DNA of 49,513 bases from positions 34,543,258 to 34,592,770 of the forward strand of contig NC_068983.1 in the NCBI RefSeq assembly GCF_001194135.2, given 5' to 3'. Source of the DNA: Octopus bimaculoides. Taxonomy: Eukaryota. Below the pieces are notes generated by a model. That model ran no database searches. It was not told the DNA's origin and saw nothing but the letters and a program-made list of their open reading frames with translations. Shown here in pieces: positions 24,136 through 36,884 of the stretch. The position numbers and the translations under genes are program-made. Position 1 is the first letter of the stretch; the number at the start of each line of letters is the position of its first letter.

Positions 24136-24554
24136 CGTGTTCTGATAAATAAGTATCCGAACTGTTGCATAGTAACGAAGCTAAAGCACGCAGAGCGAAG
24201 CCGCTTAGCATAGATTGAACTTGAATTTTGCTGTGCAATTTTTCAGCCAACTTAGAAGCGTGTAAGCACTTGCGCGCGGTTCATGCACTCCTCTTCTTAC
24301 ACTTTCAGCAACTTTGCGTAGGTCTCTGAGCAGTTATCGCCAAGACTACTTTTTCTGTCATGATCAGTGCGACAATCACACCCTACACACCTTCCGTCCA
24401 AGCGCTGCTATAAACTGCGGAAGTGAGCTAGTACAATAAAACGTAGTTTGCATGCACAGCAGAGACTAAGGTCAATCTTCGTTGGCGGCTTTACTCTGCG
24501 TGCTTTAGCTTCGTTACTATGGCAACAGTCCGGATGCTTATTGATCAGACCTTA
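24136..24554. mobile_element. Mariner/Tc1-type MITE with long (~100 bp) TIRs
   Basis: 24136-24238 is the inverted copy of 24448-24554 (CTGAT.AATAAG.ATCCG.ACTGTTGC(C)ATAGTAACGAAGCTAAAGCACGCAGAG); TA flanks. Confidence 0.9.
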
Positions 24555-24693
24555 TATATATACACGTATGCATATATACACGCATACATACACACGTATT
24601 CATGCACGTATATATATATATGTGTATGTATATATATATGTACACGTATACGTTTACACCACCTGTCCTCGTCTGTTGTTTTTTTTCGTACAT

Positions 24694-24736
<43 letters not shown>

Positions 24737-25579
24737 TATTCGTGTATGTCTCTTATCTACTTATGTATATATACATATATACACACACATACACACGCAC
24801 ACACATATATATGTATGTGTGTATGGGGGTGTTGGTTGGTTGCATGTGTGCGTGTGTATATATATGTATGCATATATGTATGTAGCCATCGTATCAATGT
24901 TTAACATCATATTTTGCATAGAGCTGTCTGTTGTATCTCTTGTTAAGCGTAAAAAGGGTAGCTTATTTTTTTGCACCACAATTCAGCATACTCCAAGAGT
25001 GCAATGGTAAAGCAACAAGTATAGAATTCTGATCTGTCATATACCGAAATGTTCTGATGTTTTATAAATTCCTGTGGCAATTGATCATGAAAAGTATTCG
25101 CCACATTAGGCCAAACGCATGGATTTATTGATGGACGTATTTATATCAACTGAATTCTAGCTTTTCGCTTCATAATATTTGCCATCTGAGTGACGAGAGC
25201 ATAGAGAGAATTGGATTCAATGAATCGAAAATGCTGTGATGTAGATCTCCATGTGATATCAACATGTAAACGGATAACATGGTTACAGCTGAATATCGTA
25301 ATATTACTAAAATAATGAATATATATATATATATGTATATATGTGTGCGTATGCGTGTGTGTGTGCCTTTATGTATATAGCCATATATGTTTATATATGT
25401 GTATATATACATGTATCAATGGGCTGAAACATAAAAGAATATATATACGTATATATATATATATGCATACATATATATNNNNNNNNNNNNNNNNNNNNNN
25501 NNNNNNNNNNNNNNNNNNNNNNNNNNNNNNNNNNNNNNNNNNNNNNNNNNNNNNNNNNNNNNNNNNNNNNNNNNNNNNN

Positions 25580-25627
<48 letters not shown>

Positions 25628-26562
25628 TAGACAGACAGACAGACAGACAGAGACAGACAGAGAGAGACAGACAGACAGAGAGACAGAGAGTGCTGTGTGT
25701 ATATGTGTTTGAGTATGTGTGTGTTTGTCTGTGTATGTGTGTGTATGTGCGTGTGTTTGTGTGTGTGCGTGCGTGTGTAGAAATAAATATACGTTACTAT
25801 ATGCATCTATATATACATGTATCATCCACTTGTACATTCTGTGGCGATACATTTCTCAATTGTCGAGAGACTGTGTATGCATCACCGAAGCGGAGATGAT
25901 GTAAAAATATTAAAGTTTCCTTCATACAAACGTATTCTGTTGAACAAAATCTATGCTATATTTTGTTCTGATTATCATAGTAGATATCGCTACTTTGTAA
26001 TTGTTAACTGGTCTGTAATGCTCCATTTTTGCTTTTTTTCCCCATTTCGTTTGTTTGTCATATAGCATTCTACAGCATTTCCCGTTTGTATTTCCGATTC
26101 TATATCACAGGATATGATAAAATCAATACGTATAACACCGGGTTAGAAATAATCTATCGAATATGACTACATGTCCTCTGTGGAAGCCTTGTCATATTCT
26201 AAGTTCATCTCTGGCGTTTTTTATCAGCATGATTATCAACAGGGTCTGTTGGATCGGACATCGCTCTAACTAGCAAAATTGCAACGTGTAAAACACTGCT
26301 TCGATGAATTTGTGTTCATGCAAGAACATTACAAAACAAAAAGTAAGTATTAAATGTATAGTTAAAAGAAATGGAATCTGAGTTAACAATAAGAAGCACA
26401 ATGCAGATATAATTATCAAACTTGGATGTATTTTGAAATAAAATGTTTCTTTTATGAAAGCTGACCAACTTATCATACTTCGAAACGTTGATTTCAAGTC
26501 TGTTCTCAGAAAGCTGGTATCAGAAAATATTCCTTAAATTGAATTAAAATTTGAATAATGTA

Positions 26563-27772
26563 TTGGATGATCCCATAAATAATGCGGTTTCTTCAGTTGC
26601 ATTGACTAAAAGTCGGAGTGAACGGGATAAACTACCTGCATCAGCTTGCTATAAAAGCAGGTTGTAATTTTACTTTATATTTCTTCTTAGTTTTAAAGAG
26701 TGCAGTTCGATTGTAACAGTTATTTTTTTCAAAGCTATAACGGAATTGATAAAGGAGCATATTCGGCATATTTTGCTTTATGAGTTCAATAACGTCAACA
26801 ACGCAATGGAAATTGCTAGGAATATTAATGCAATATATGGGGATAGGACAATAAGCATAAGCCAATGTCAACAGTGATTCCAGAAATTCCGAGCCGGAAA
26901 CTACAGTATAGACGACGAGTCTCATCCTGGTGGTACAAAATCTCATCGGAACTGTTGAGGGACTAGCAGAGAAGCTTCGATTTTCTCATTCAATCATTCA
27001 TCGACGCCGGCATGCCATCGGAAAAATCAGTAAATTGAGTCAATGAGTTCCTCACAAACTTTCATTGTCTAATTGCGTGTAGAGAGTGAATGGGTGCTCT
27101 TCTTTACTTTCACGTCTCACGAATGAACCATTTTGGACCGAATAGTGACTGGTGACGAGAAATGGGTTCTCTATAATAACGTCAAACGCCGAAGACAGCG
27201 GTTAGGGAAAGGAGAAAAACCGGCACCCCAGGCTAAAGAAGGTCTTCACCCACATAAGGTGTTGTTATTTGTTTTGGTGGGATATGAAAGGTTTAGTACA
27301 CTTTGGACTTTTAAAACCACACCAAATAATAACAAATGGGATCTACTGCGAGAAGCTTCAACGGCTTAATTCAGCGCTAGAAGAAAAGCGACCATCTTTA
27401 GTTTCAAGACGAAAATTGTTCTTTGATCAGGACAATGCTCGGCCACATCGAGCGAGGATGACATTCTAAAGGCTGGAGCAGTTTGAATGGGAATTGATGG
27501 CCCGCTCGTATTCGCCGGACATTGCTCCGTCTAATTATCATTTATTCCGCAGTCATCAAAATCATTTGGACGGAAAAAAATATGAATTCTGTAAATGAAG
27601 TCAGAACAGTACTGTAGGAGTTTTTTTCGTGACAAACAAGTGAATTTGGAAGAGGGGCCTTGCGAGTCTACCATATAGATGGAAGAGCCTTGTAGAAAAT
27701 GAAAAAAGAACTATATCTTAATTTTGAAAAATACAAGTATTTAAAAAATGCATTATTTATGGGATGGCCCAA
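26563..27772 (+). mobile_element. Near full-length degenerate mariner (DD34D class) transposon
   Basis: TIRs TTGG...ATCCCATAAATAATGC at both ends with TA TSD. Motifs: EHIRHILLYEF, RIVTGDEKWVLYNN, WWDMKG, DNARPH, YSPDIAPSNYHLF (third Asp reads Asn), LPYRWK. Multiple stops and frameshifts. Confidence 0.93.
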
Positions 27773-30539
27773 TACTTCATATTTGATCTGAGCCTGTGCG
27801 TTGAAACAAAAGCAATTACAGCATGTAATATAGGTATTAGCCATTCTAAAACACAGAAAAAGCTCTTCACTTCACGCAACAATTTATTGTTTCGATTCAA
27901 AATTCTTGTCGCACTGACAGCGAATAGGCTCTTAAAAGAGTCTTACTGCAACCAGTATGTGATGAGATTTTTACCCAGTATATATCGGCTTCAATATAAT
28001 TAAATAGGAAAATTCAAGGATATAAAAATAATAAGAGTCACTACAGCATCTCTTTTGTTGCAGGATATAGATCCGTCGGCCTATCAAGAACAAATTCTAT
28101 TTTATATCAATCTAATATTAGAAGCAAAGTTGATTCAGAAAGATCACTCTTTAAGAAAACAGATTTTTATTCTTGGGTTGTTAACTATGTTCGCATCTGT
28201 TTTGTTCTCTTTTGGGGACCAATAGTTGTCTCTCTACTTGTTTATGTCTTACTGGAAGCATTCTCTTTGGTATTCACTAACAACTTACAAATTGTTAGGA
28301 AGGTAGTCAACATGGATTTTAAAAACTGTACTTTTAAAACTTGCATTATGTCGCAACTTCTACTTGAAAATGGTAACTTATTACTGAAAACTTCATAATG
28401 ATTTTTTTTTAAAGCCCCTAAAAGTTTTTCATATATTGATTTTAATCTTCAAAATGTCAGGTAAATACTATTTCAATTTAAATAAATGGAATGGCTTGAA
28501 ACCAAGGAATATTAAATTCAATAATTCTCTTGAAATGCAAAAAAATGAGTAATTTTGTGATTCTCACTTTATGTGATTAGTGACTAAAGTTGGTGCTTTA
28601 AACAAAATTTGATACCATATTTGGAATCAGCGCTAGAAAACTAGCCTAAAAGTTCCATCATCTTAAAACTTGACGAAATTAGTATTGTGAATATGATTTT
28701 CAAAACAGCATAAAATTTCTCACTTAGGCAATTTGAGGAGAGGAATATCATTGAAATCTAGATTTGTTTAGGAACAGTACTGTAGCCTGTCGAACCTAGA
28801 ATAATGAAAGACGCTGTCATTGATGGTGATGCTCGAAATACGGGTGTAAAAGGACGTAAAACGTAATTCTTCTACGGAAGCAGATTCCATATAGGTTCTC
28901 CACTTTCCTTCTATCCAAATCCACTCGAGAAAATTCGAGAAAATTCTCTTTGGAAACCTATTACTGTGTCCTAGGATGACAATCTCTTCCGCTATTTCAC
29001 TATGGACCAATCTCTATCACTTCAAACAAGATGAAAATGTCTTTCTCTATCACCTTCTCGAGCATCTTGCATATTTTTCTTTCAGTCAGGTGTATATGGT
29101 TTCATTTCCAATACGTTACTCTGCAGCGGTCTGTTTCTCTTCAAAAGTATTGCTTTCAACAAATACTTTGACGGTGTTATTTTTATAATGTCCATTAATG
29201 GTTTTGCTATTATTTTTAACAACGATAGCTTCTCCGGATATGGTATGACGACAGACTATGCTAATCTAATCATTTACAATCCAATAAAATGACGTAAAAC
29301 AATATTTCCTCTAAAACATTCTAAAAACAATCGTGTTTATTTCAACAGCGTAAAGATCCAAATATCACAGTTCATATGAAAGAAATAGTAATGTAATACT
29401 AAAACACCATAATTGCTATAAAAACCACATGGTATTTCACAACGCGTTCTGGCCACCTACTGATAACATAACAATTGCAGTTTTGAAATTAGCTGTCGTC
29501 TTCATTGTCAAAGGCAGTTTCCTCCGATCCTGATATCTGGTTCTTTAGAAAGCATGTCAACAACAGAACGCTATTTTCCCAGTGTCAAGCTTTCTTTTCA
29601 CAAAGAAAAGTATTTAACTTTTAATGAGTTACGAGTTTGCATTAGCATATTTCTGGGGTCAATTATTGTCGAAACTTCACTAAATATTTCCTTACACCTA
29701 TTGCTGTCTGGTACTCCTCCGTCCACGCTTTTTTCCAAAACCGTCTGTTAAGAGGATTTCGAGATTAATATCGACTGCCTTTTCTTTGTACATCTGAAAG
29801 TCATTAAAAATCTACGAAAAATCGAAGCAATGTATGCGTTATTGTTTATATAATCATTAATATTTGCTGAAAGAAGCAATCTTTGTCCGCTTGTTCACGT
29901 TGTTGATTGGCTAATGTATGTGTGATTGAAGAAAACACGCTTTTAATTCACTGAATGTAGGTATGTTGCCACAGATTGTTTTTAACATAGGAATGCTTAG
30001 TTTGTCAGTAAACTTCGTCTTATTTGTATTTGCTATTTAGAAACTTTAAAGAAGATATGATTTCAGATACCAGGACACCTGTTTGCAATCTTTACTTTCA
30101 TTCGCGAGATTACTATCCATTTTAATCTATAGTTTTTCGTCCGTTTTCTTTACCAACATTGATTAAATGATTAACGCCATGTGAAACAATAGTTTATCAC
30201 TGACTACAAAACTTTGCTGAGAAATAAAGTTCGATAGAAATGTTAGAATGAGAATAGCAAACACAATAAAAGACATCTTCGTAATAAAACTGATGTCTCA
30301 AGATAGACATTCTGATCTATGTAGTGAAAAGCACAAAACTAATAGCAGAATTTATTATTACATGGATATTTACGATATCTGTTTTGTGTATTTTTTAAAT
30401 ACGAAACTGAGACCTACTTAAACACCTTGGAACTTAGGTGTCAAGTGTTATGACTGAAAGTTTTTCGATCATAAAATATCTATTATACGCAGGATGTAAA
30501 TGAAGATTAAGAAAAGCCAAATCATGGGCGAGATTTTAT

Positions 30540-30665
30540 TCAATGAAAACAAATTTTCATAGGCATGTTCCAAAATACATATTGATTCATGCCATCTGTC
30601 TGGAAGATCTGTTAGAAATAATTTTTCCAAAGCACTCCTTGATTTCAAGACATATTCTTTGGATA
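30540..30665 (-). pseudogene. Possible mariner transposase C-terminal remnant
   Basis: LTDLPDRWHESICILEHAYE resembles the mariner terminal LP.RW..C....G.Y motif. Confidence 0.35.
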
Positions 30666-30802
30666 AGAATGTTATTTTCTCTCTTGTTTTCAATGCAATT
30701 CAACTAAAACATAATGGATGTTTCATTAGCCGACGATATTGAATAAATTATTAATTTATAGTAAAAGCTGGAATTTATAGTAATACCGTAAGGATTAACA
30801 AA

Positions 30803-30848
30803 GGCGGGTTTTCTTGTTCAGAATGACGTCATTGCTGTGGTCCATTGG
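30803..30848. promoter_or_regulatory. Compact motif cluster: GC box, palindromic CRE, CCAAT box
   Basis: GGCGGG (30803), AATGACGTCATT (30822-30833), ATTGG (30844-30848) in otherwise AT-rich non-repetitive DNA. Confidence 0.25.
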
Positions 30849-31810
30849 TAAAATATTAAGAAAACCTTCAAAATATATATAGCATTAAATATTTTTCGTT
30901 ACCATGACAATGCCCTTCACGACCATTATATTGCATTTCCCGCAGTAGCTAATGAAATAGATACACTTCCCTGAATTTGTATCTAAAGAAACTGACAACG
31001 CGTAATTGTCAAGTTAGTATGAATGCATAATTCCATTTTTCTACATCCTGTCTTTCAAACACAATAACATTTAGAATGGACTGTAAATTTTACAGAGACG
31101 TCATTCAGTAAACTTTGGACGAAGATTTTTCATAATTGTTATCTTCCTTTATTTTCCGTATCATCCTGTGAGTGGATTGTCTGCTTGCAGGAAATATTAA
31201 TGGTGCCAAAATAATGTTATCCATCGGGGAGTGATTTCATCAAAGACTTTAAATAAAACTAGAACAATGTCACAGGTATATTTGTAACGCCTACATTATA
31301 TCTCACAGACAGAGTTCATTATTCATGTTTATATTCAGATTTTAACTGGGTTAACATAAATTCTCGTATCTCCCACCCGGACAAAAAAATAACCTATATA
31401 ACTTTTTCTTCACTTGTGTTATGTGAAAAATAACATGATAGTTTTATACAGTTTAGTAGCCGAAATATCAGCACACACAATTGATACAGGTTAGATAATA
31501 TTATATTTTACTTTAAATGATTTTACTCTCCAAGTATAATAGGAGAGCATATTCATGAATGTAACTTCCATGAATTACGACAGGCGGTAAATTTTAGATA
31601 TTCTTTGCAAGAATGAAAAATATCAATCGTGACGCGAGAAAATCTAGTAATTCAAGTCGGAAATATCTAGAATACCGTATTTCTTTTTTATTATTTATCC
31701 TTTTACTTGTTTCAGTCATTTGACTGTGGCCATGGCGGAGCACCACCTCTCGTCGAATAAATCGACCCCAGGACTAATTCTTTGTAAGACTAGTGTGTGT
31801 ATGTATATAT

Positions 31811-32181
31811 GTTGTTGTTGGCACTCCGTCGAGGGTTCCAGTTGATCCGATCAACGAAACAGCCTGCTCGTGAAATTAACGTGCAAGTGGCTGAGCACTC
31901 CGCATACACGTGGACCCTTAATGTAGTTCTCGGGGATATTCACCGTGACACAGTGTGGCAAAGCTGACCCTTTGAATTACAGGCAAAACAGAAACAGGAA
32001 GTAAGAGTGAGAGAAAGTGATGGAAGAGTACAGCAGGGTTCACCACCGTCCCCTGCCGGATCCTCGTGGAGCTTTAGGTGTTTTCGCTCAATAAATACTC
32101 ACAACGCCCGGTCTGGGAATCGAAACCGCGATCCTATGACCTCGAGTCCGCTGCCCTAACCACTAGGTCATTGCGCCTCCA
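31811..32181 (-). mobile_element. Family C SINE, long-tail variant
   Basis: The head TGGAGGCGCAATG.CCTAGTGGTTAGGGCAGCGGACTC...GAGCGAAAACACCTAAAGCTCCACG is shared with 8101-8377; body and tail differ; ends in (CAA)n. Confidence 0.85.
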
Positions 32182-32779
32182 AAATGTATATATATATATA
32201 TATATATGTATATANNNNNNNNNNNNNNNNNNNNNNNNNNNNNNNNNNNNNNNNNNNNNNNNNNNNNNNNNNNNNNNNNNNNNNNNNNNNNNNNNNNNNN
32301 NNNNNNNNNNNNNNNNNNNNNNNNNNNNNNNNNNNNNNNNNNNNNNNNNNNNNNNNNNNNNNNNNNNNNNNNNNNNNNNNNNNNNNNNNNNNNNNNNNNN
32401 NNNNNNNNNNNNNNNNNNNNNNNNNNNNNNNNNNNNNNNNNNNNNNNNNNNNNNNNNNNNNNNNNNNNNNNNNNNNNNNNNNNNNNNNNNNNNNNNNNNN
32501 NNNNNNNNNNNNNNNNNNNNNNNNNNNNNNNNNNNNNNNNNNNNNNNNNNNNNNNNNNNNNNNNNNNNNNNNNNNNNNNNNNNNNNNNNNNNNNNNNNNN
32601 NNNNNNNNNNNNNNNNNNNNNNNNNNNNNNNNNNNNNNNNNNNNNNNNNNNNNNNNNNNNNNNNNNNNNNNNNNNNNNNNNNNNNNNNNNNNNNNNNNNN
32701 NNNNNNNNNNNNNNNNNNNNNNNNNNNNNNNNNNNNNNNNNNNNNNNNNNNNNNNNNNNNNNNNNNNNNNNNNNNNNTA

Positions 32780-32960
32780 TATATAGGGAGAATTCACAAA
32801 AACACAAAAGACGAAGACAGATGGTGTAGACAACAAACAGATGTATTAGTTTAACACTCCAGAAGTGAAAAAAAGTCTTTAACGTTTCGAGCCTACGCTC
32901 TTTCACAGAAAGGAACACAGAAAGAAACAAGGAGAGAAAATAATGTGTAGTGGCTAGCGA
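32780..32960 (-). mobile_element. Solo PLE terminal module with a hammerhead-like motif (32877-32912)
   Basis: Homologous to 5148-5335. Motif CTTT-CTGTGAA-A-GAGC-GTAG-GCTC-GAAA-CG-TT-AAAG. Confidence 0.85.
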
Positions 32961-33264
32961 TATATACATATATGCGATGGGCTATCAAATGCACCCACAA
33001 AGCTTTGGTCAGCCTGATGCTATAGTAGGAGACACTTGCCCAAGGAGCCACGCAGTAGGCCTGAACCCGGAACCATGTGGTTAAGAAGCAAGCTTGTTAC
33101 CACACAGCCCCACTTGCGACTATTTACATGTATTGTGCATAAGGATATATATTTACTATTGCCACTAGAGACTGTTATAACCTTGTTTTAATTATATGTT
33201 CTAAAAACTGTATATTTAGCATCCAAAACCACATTTAATAATTTTATGCTCTTCATATTTCTAG

Positions 33265-33356
33265 AGAAAAATATTTGCAACATCTTCAGCTTATCCGCAG
33301 CACAGTTATGTGAACATTCAACCAATACTATTTCACAAATAACATATCATTGCAGT
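33265..33356 (+). other. Candidate exon of an unidentified host gene
   Basis: Acceptor CTTCATATTTCTAG, donor GTGAGT, one open frame (KNICNIFSLSAAQLCEHSTNTISQITYHCS). Confidence 0.25.
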
Positions 33357-33909
33357 GTGAGTCGACAGTTTAATGATACGGCATTATTCAGTGCTAGTTA
33401 AAACATAGCTCCATAAAAAAACTATTTTATACTTATTAAAAATTCATACACACTTTGAATAAAATATTGTAAATGTGTAAATATATGGAAACATTAATTG
33501 CTTGCTGCATTAATAATATACAGCGAGTAGCAACCAAATTTAATCAAAAGAAAATAATAAATTAGAAAAGTTGATACATAAATTCAATCTGCAATATATC
33601 CACGTGCAGATGTCCCCATACCCATGTATGAACGTTAAATACTAATGTTTGTGTATATTTTCTACAAGTATTCTAAACATCCTATCTACATTTAGGGAGA
33701 AATTATATTGAATATTATGAGTCAATTTCGTGGTAAACAGAAGAATTTCACAAAGCTATTTTGATATATTTCAACTCCGTTTTAAAAATTAGTGATATTC
33801 CATCTCAAAAGAGTTAGCTTTGAATTAGCAAAAATCGAATTTCTTCGCTAAAATATTAAATCTCTAAAATAAAATCACACACACACATTCATACTCTATC
33901 TCTATCTCG

Positions 33910-33956
<47 letters not shown>

Positions 33957-34835
33957 NNNNNNNNNNTCTCTCACGCACAGACACACACACATTGTTTTCA
34001 GTCCGTTTTGTAAAGTTAACCTACAGTTTAAGTGAACAGATGAACCCGTGAAGAAAGAGAGCGAGAGAAGGAAAAAGAGAGCGAAGGAAAAAGAGAGCGA
34101 AGGAAAAAGAGAGAGAACGGGAGAGAGAGAAAGAAAGAAAGAGAGAAGAGAAGAGCTAATAAGCGATGGCCAGGGCAGTATGCTTGGTGATGTGTGTAGT
34201 GTCACATCTGTACAGTGGGGAATAGAAGAATGTGTCAGGATGTGTGATCAAAGATTGTTGTACAATCTAGGTCAAATGAAATGGGAGCAAATGGTGTGGG
34301 CTAGATCAGTTAAGGTGACAGATAATTAAGAATGTTTAGTAAAAGAGACGGCAGACAAAAGGATACGTACGCAATATTTTTGATGCGCACAAAAGTTGCG
34401 TGAGAGAAAATAGGGAAAGGAAATAAGAAGCAATTAATTGATATCGTTAAGGATAGGTCAGCAGTACATGATTCGGAGGGCATGGGGAATATATAAAGAA
34501 ATTAGAATCTATAATAGAGTTCAGAATTTAAAACAATAAACATGACCAAAGAAAATACATAAATTTCTAGTGGAGTGGAATGAAAGGTAGGTGGTGAAGC
34601 AGAGAGTTACAATAATGAAAAATAGAAAACTAAACAAGTGTACTGATTGTGGGTATTACACTTACCACGCAGAGTGTTTTCTGTCTTATACGCAGCAAAG
34701 TTTGAAACGTTGTGTATACATTTATAGACACAAAGAAATATACAAAAACATACACAGCACTAAGATACACACACACACGCACACGTACGTACATGCATAC
34801 ACACATATACACAAATTTAATACACATATAATAAT

Positions 34836-35049
34836 TATAATAATACTATCTGCTATAGGCACAAGTTCTGAAATTTTGTGGGAGGGTCTAGTCGAATACA
34901 TTGACCTCAGTGCTCAACAAGAACTTATTTTATCGATTGGAAAAGATGAAAGACATGGCCGACCGCGGTGGCGTCTGAATTTAGAAACGAGCGAAATACT
35001 GCTAAACATTTTGTCTAGCGTGTTAACGGTCCTGCCAGCTTGCAGCCTT
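34836..35049 (-). mobile_element. Family A SINE (degenerate) with an (ATT)-type tail, flanked by AAT repeats
   Basis: Head AAGGC.GC.AGCTGGCAG; tail CTTGTGCCTATAGCAGATAGTATTATTA. Confidence 0.8.
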
Positions 35050-35104
35050 AATAATAATAACACTGGTCAACAAAATTTGAATTTTTTCTGTCCCATGAAC
35101 TAAA

Positions 35105-36140
35105 GGAAGTGAATTTTATAAATGTGGAAGAGTGTGTCGTCCATATTGAACATGGGAACTTCTGAGATATGTAACCCAAAGTGTGAAAAACTTTGCGAGT
35201 GACAGTTAGAGAAGACGGCACAACGAGAGCATGGTAACAGAAAAGAACAAGACAAGAATTACAAGGACATGAAGAAGTAATACGCAGTAAGAGACTATGC
35301 AATCAATTCCATATAGCCACAAGTGAAGCTGCTGGAGAACATAGGTGGGAGTGGTTAAAGAGAGGAGCATTTAAAATGGAGACTGATGACACGCTACTAG
35401 TAGTGCAAGACCCAGTTTTGGCCACAAGCTGGAGGGCCAGTTTTGAAAATGAGCAAGTGTCTCCATTGAGCGTAATATGTAATGGATTTGCGGAAAGCAT
35501 TGGCCATATTGTGGATGACTGTCCCAGACATGACCAAAACCAACATAAGATGAGGCGACATGATAAGGTAGCATAAGGCTTGAATTAGAGACTGTGAAAA
35601 GTGGGGGCTAGAGATAGTTATGACATGGTACAATCCCAAACATAGAGAACGACTGAGTCGTGGTTTTGAAAATTCATATGGGTTTCCCCAATTCAAATGG
35701 ATCACATGCTTCTGCACAACAAACTGAGTATAGTGGTTGTGGACAAAGTAAATCACATATGCACTATAACTAATATTGCCTGCCCATTTGATCCGGGAAT
35801 CGTTAAGAATATAGGCGATAATTTAGGCACAAATAGTCCTCTCAAATACGAAATAGCCCGATGTGGGAAGATAAAAAACAGGATGAAAGAATTGATTATT
35901 TTTGGAAGCTTGGGAACAGTATCAAAAGATACTAAAGAGGAACATAAGAGAAATGGGAATAGAGTATCCGGTAAAGCTGTTGCAAAAAGTTAATCTCTTT
36001 GGTACTGCGAGAATGACCAGGAAAGTATTAGACAGTAAAATGAGACAAGTGCTATGGCACAGTGGGCTATTTGTAGCAATCCGGCTACTCATGCAAAACA
36101 CCAGATGTTCCAAAAAGAGCTAAGTTAAAAGAATAACCAT
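35105..36140 (+). mobile_element. R4/Dong-like RLE non-LTR retrotransposon, 5'-truncated and degenerate
   Basis: INVEECV..., WEWLKRGAFKMETD...QD, zinc-knuckle remnant ICNGFAESIGHIVDDC, RHDKVA, REL motif K.SIVVVDK...IACP.D, GSLG.V, LFGTARM.RKVLD. Confidence 0.85.
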
Positions 36141-36844
36141 AATAAGAATATGATTAAATTAATATAGAACTAGTGCAAGTGTTCTTATTTTAGAATGGCA
36201 ATCCTAAGACAGGGGGTGGAAACAATAATATTCCTGCCTGTATACACGTAGCAACATGAATCACTGTGAGCATTATGCGGACATATTTGTGTGCGTGTTT
36301 GTATGTATATGCGTATAAGATTAAGTACATATACACGAATACAAACATTTAGGTAGAACTCCTGTAATACTTTGTTTTCACTTGCTTTTTACTTGTGTGA
36401 TTCTTTTTATATTGCAGACTTAAAATTACAGACTAATAAAATAATAATTTAGTTGCACTATAATTCTTTTAAACAAAATTTCTTTTCTTCAAATATTCCA
36501 TTATTGACTTGTAACTATTTAACTATTTAAAGAATGCAGACAAAATTAATGAAAAGAAAAAATATCGTTTTCAATTAATTTTTATGATTTCGTTTATTAT
36601 CCTTGTCTATTGGTAACATGAGTTTAAAAAACGGTGAAATATAATGATGTACAATCTTTTTTTTTATCGTCATATAGTATTTTGGATGAATGTTAATTTT
36701 CTATTTTTGCATTATATGTTTACGCTTGAGATTAAACGAAGGAGTCGTTTCTGAGTTTTTACATTGATTCTTGCAATATAGCCCCATATCATCCTCATTG
36801 CATCTCCAATGTTGAAAATATCTGCATTAACACTTAAACAAGTT

Positions 36845-36884
36845 TTCACTGATGAGGTCTTTCAAGACGAAAACACGTCAGAAG
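36845..36884 (+). ncRNA. Near-canonical minimal hammerhead motif
   Basis: TTCA-CTGATGA-G-GTCT-TTCA-AGAC-GAAA-ACAC-GTC-AGAAG. Canonical core, 4-bp stem II and GUC triplet; stem I has a mismatch and stem III an extra A. Confidence 0.55.

Larger units (their letters stand above)
31696..33118 (-). mobile_element. Family B SINE (tail 31696-31785, head 32975-33118) interrupted by nested elements and a gap
   Basis: Both halves match 7171-7636 in the same orientation. Confidence 0.75.

Noticed and set aside
28590-28740. CCATATTTGGAATCAGCG motif similar to the subterminal motif of the Chapaev3-like element
   Set aside because: It suggests a DNA-transposon remnant, but no termini, TSD or coding sequence could be defined.
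29690-29797. Minus-strand exon-like segment (MYKEKAVDINLEILLTD..., or RFWKKAWTEEYQTAIG with a Rab-like look)
   Set aside because: The Rab likeness is short with no flanking G1/G3 motifs found, the frames conflict, and the strand is opposite to the better exon cluster.
34170-34760. Purine-biased stretch that might be another PLE 5' region
   Set aside because: No diagnostic protein motif or alignable match to the other copies was found by eye.
35055-35078. TAATAACACTGGTCAACA, identical to the Chapaev3-like left terminus at 8051-8068
   Set aside because: It is only 18 nt, partly low-complexity, with no further similarity or partner end; R4-like coding sequence follows. Chance is plausible.
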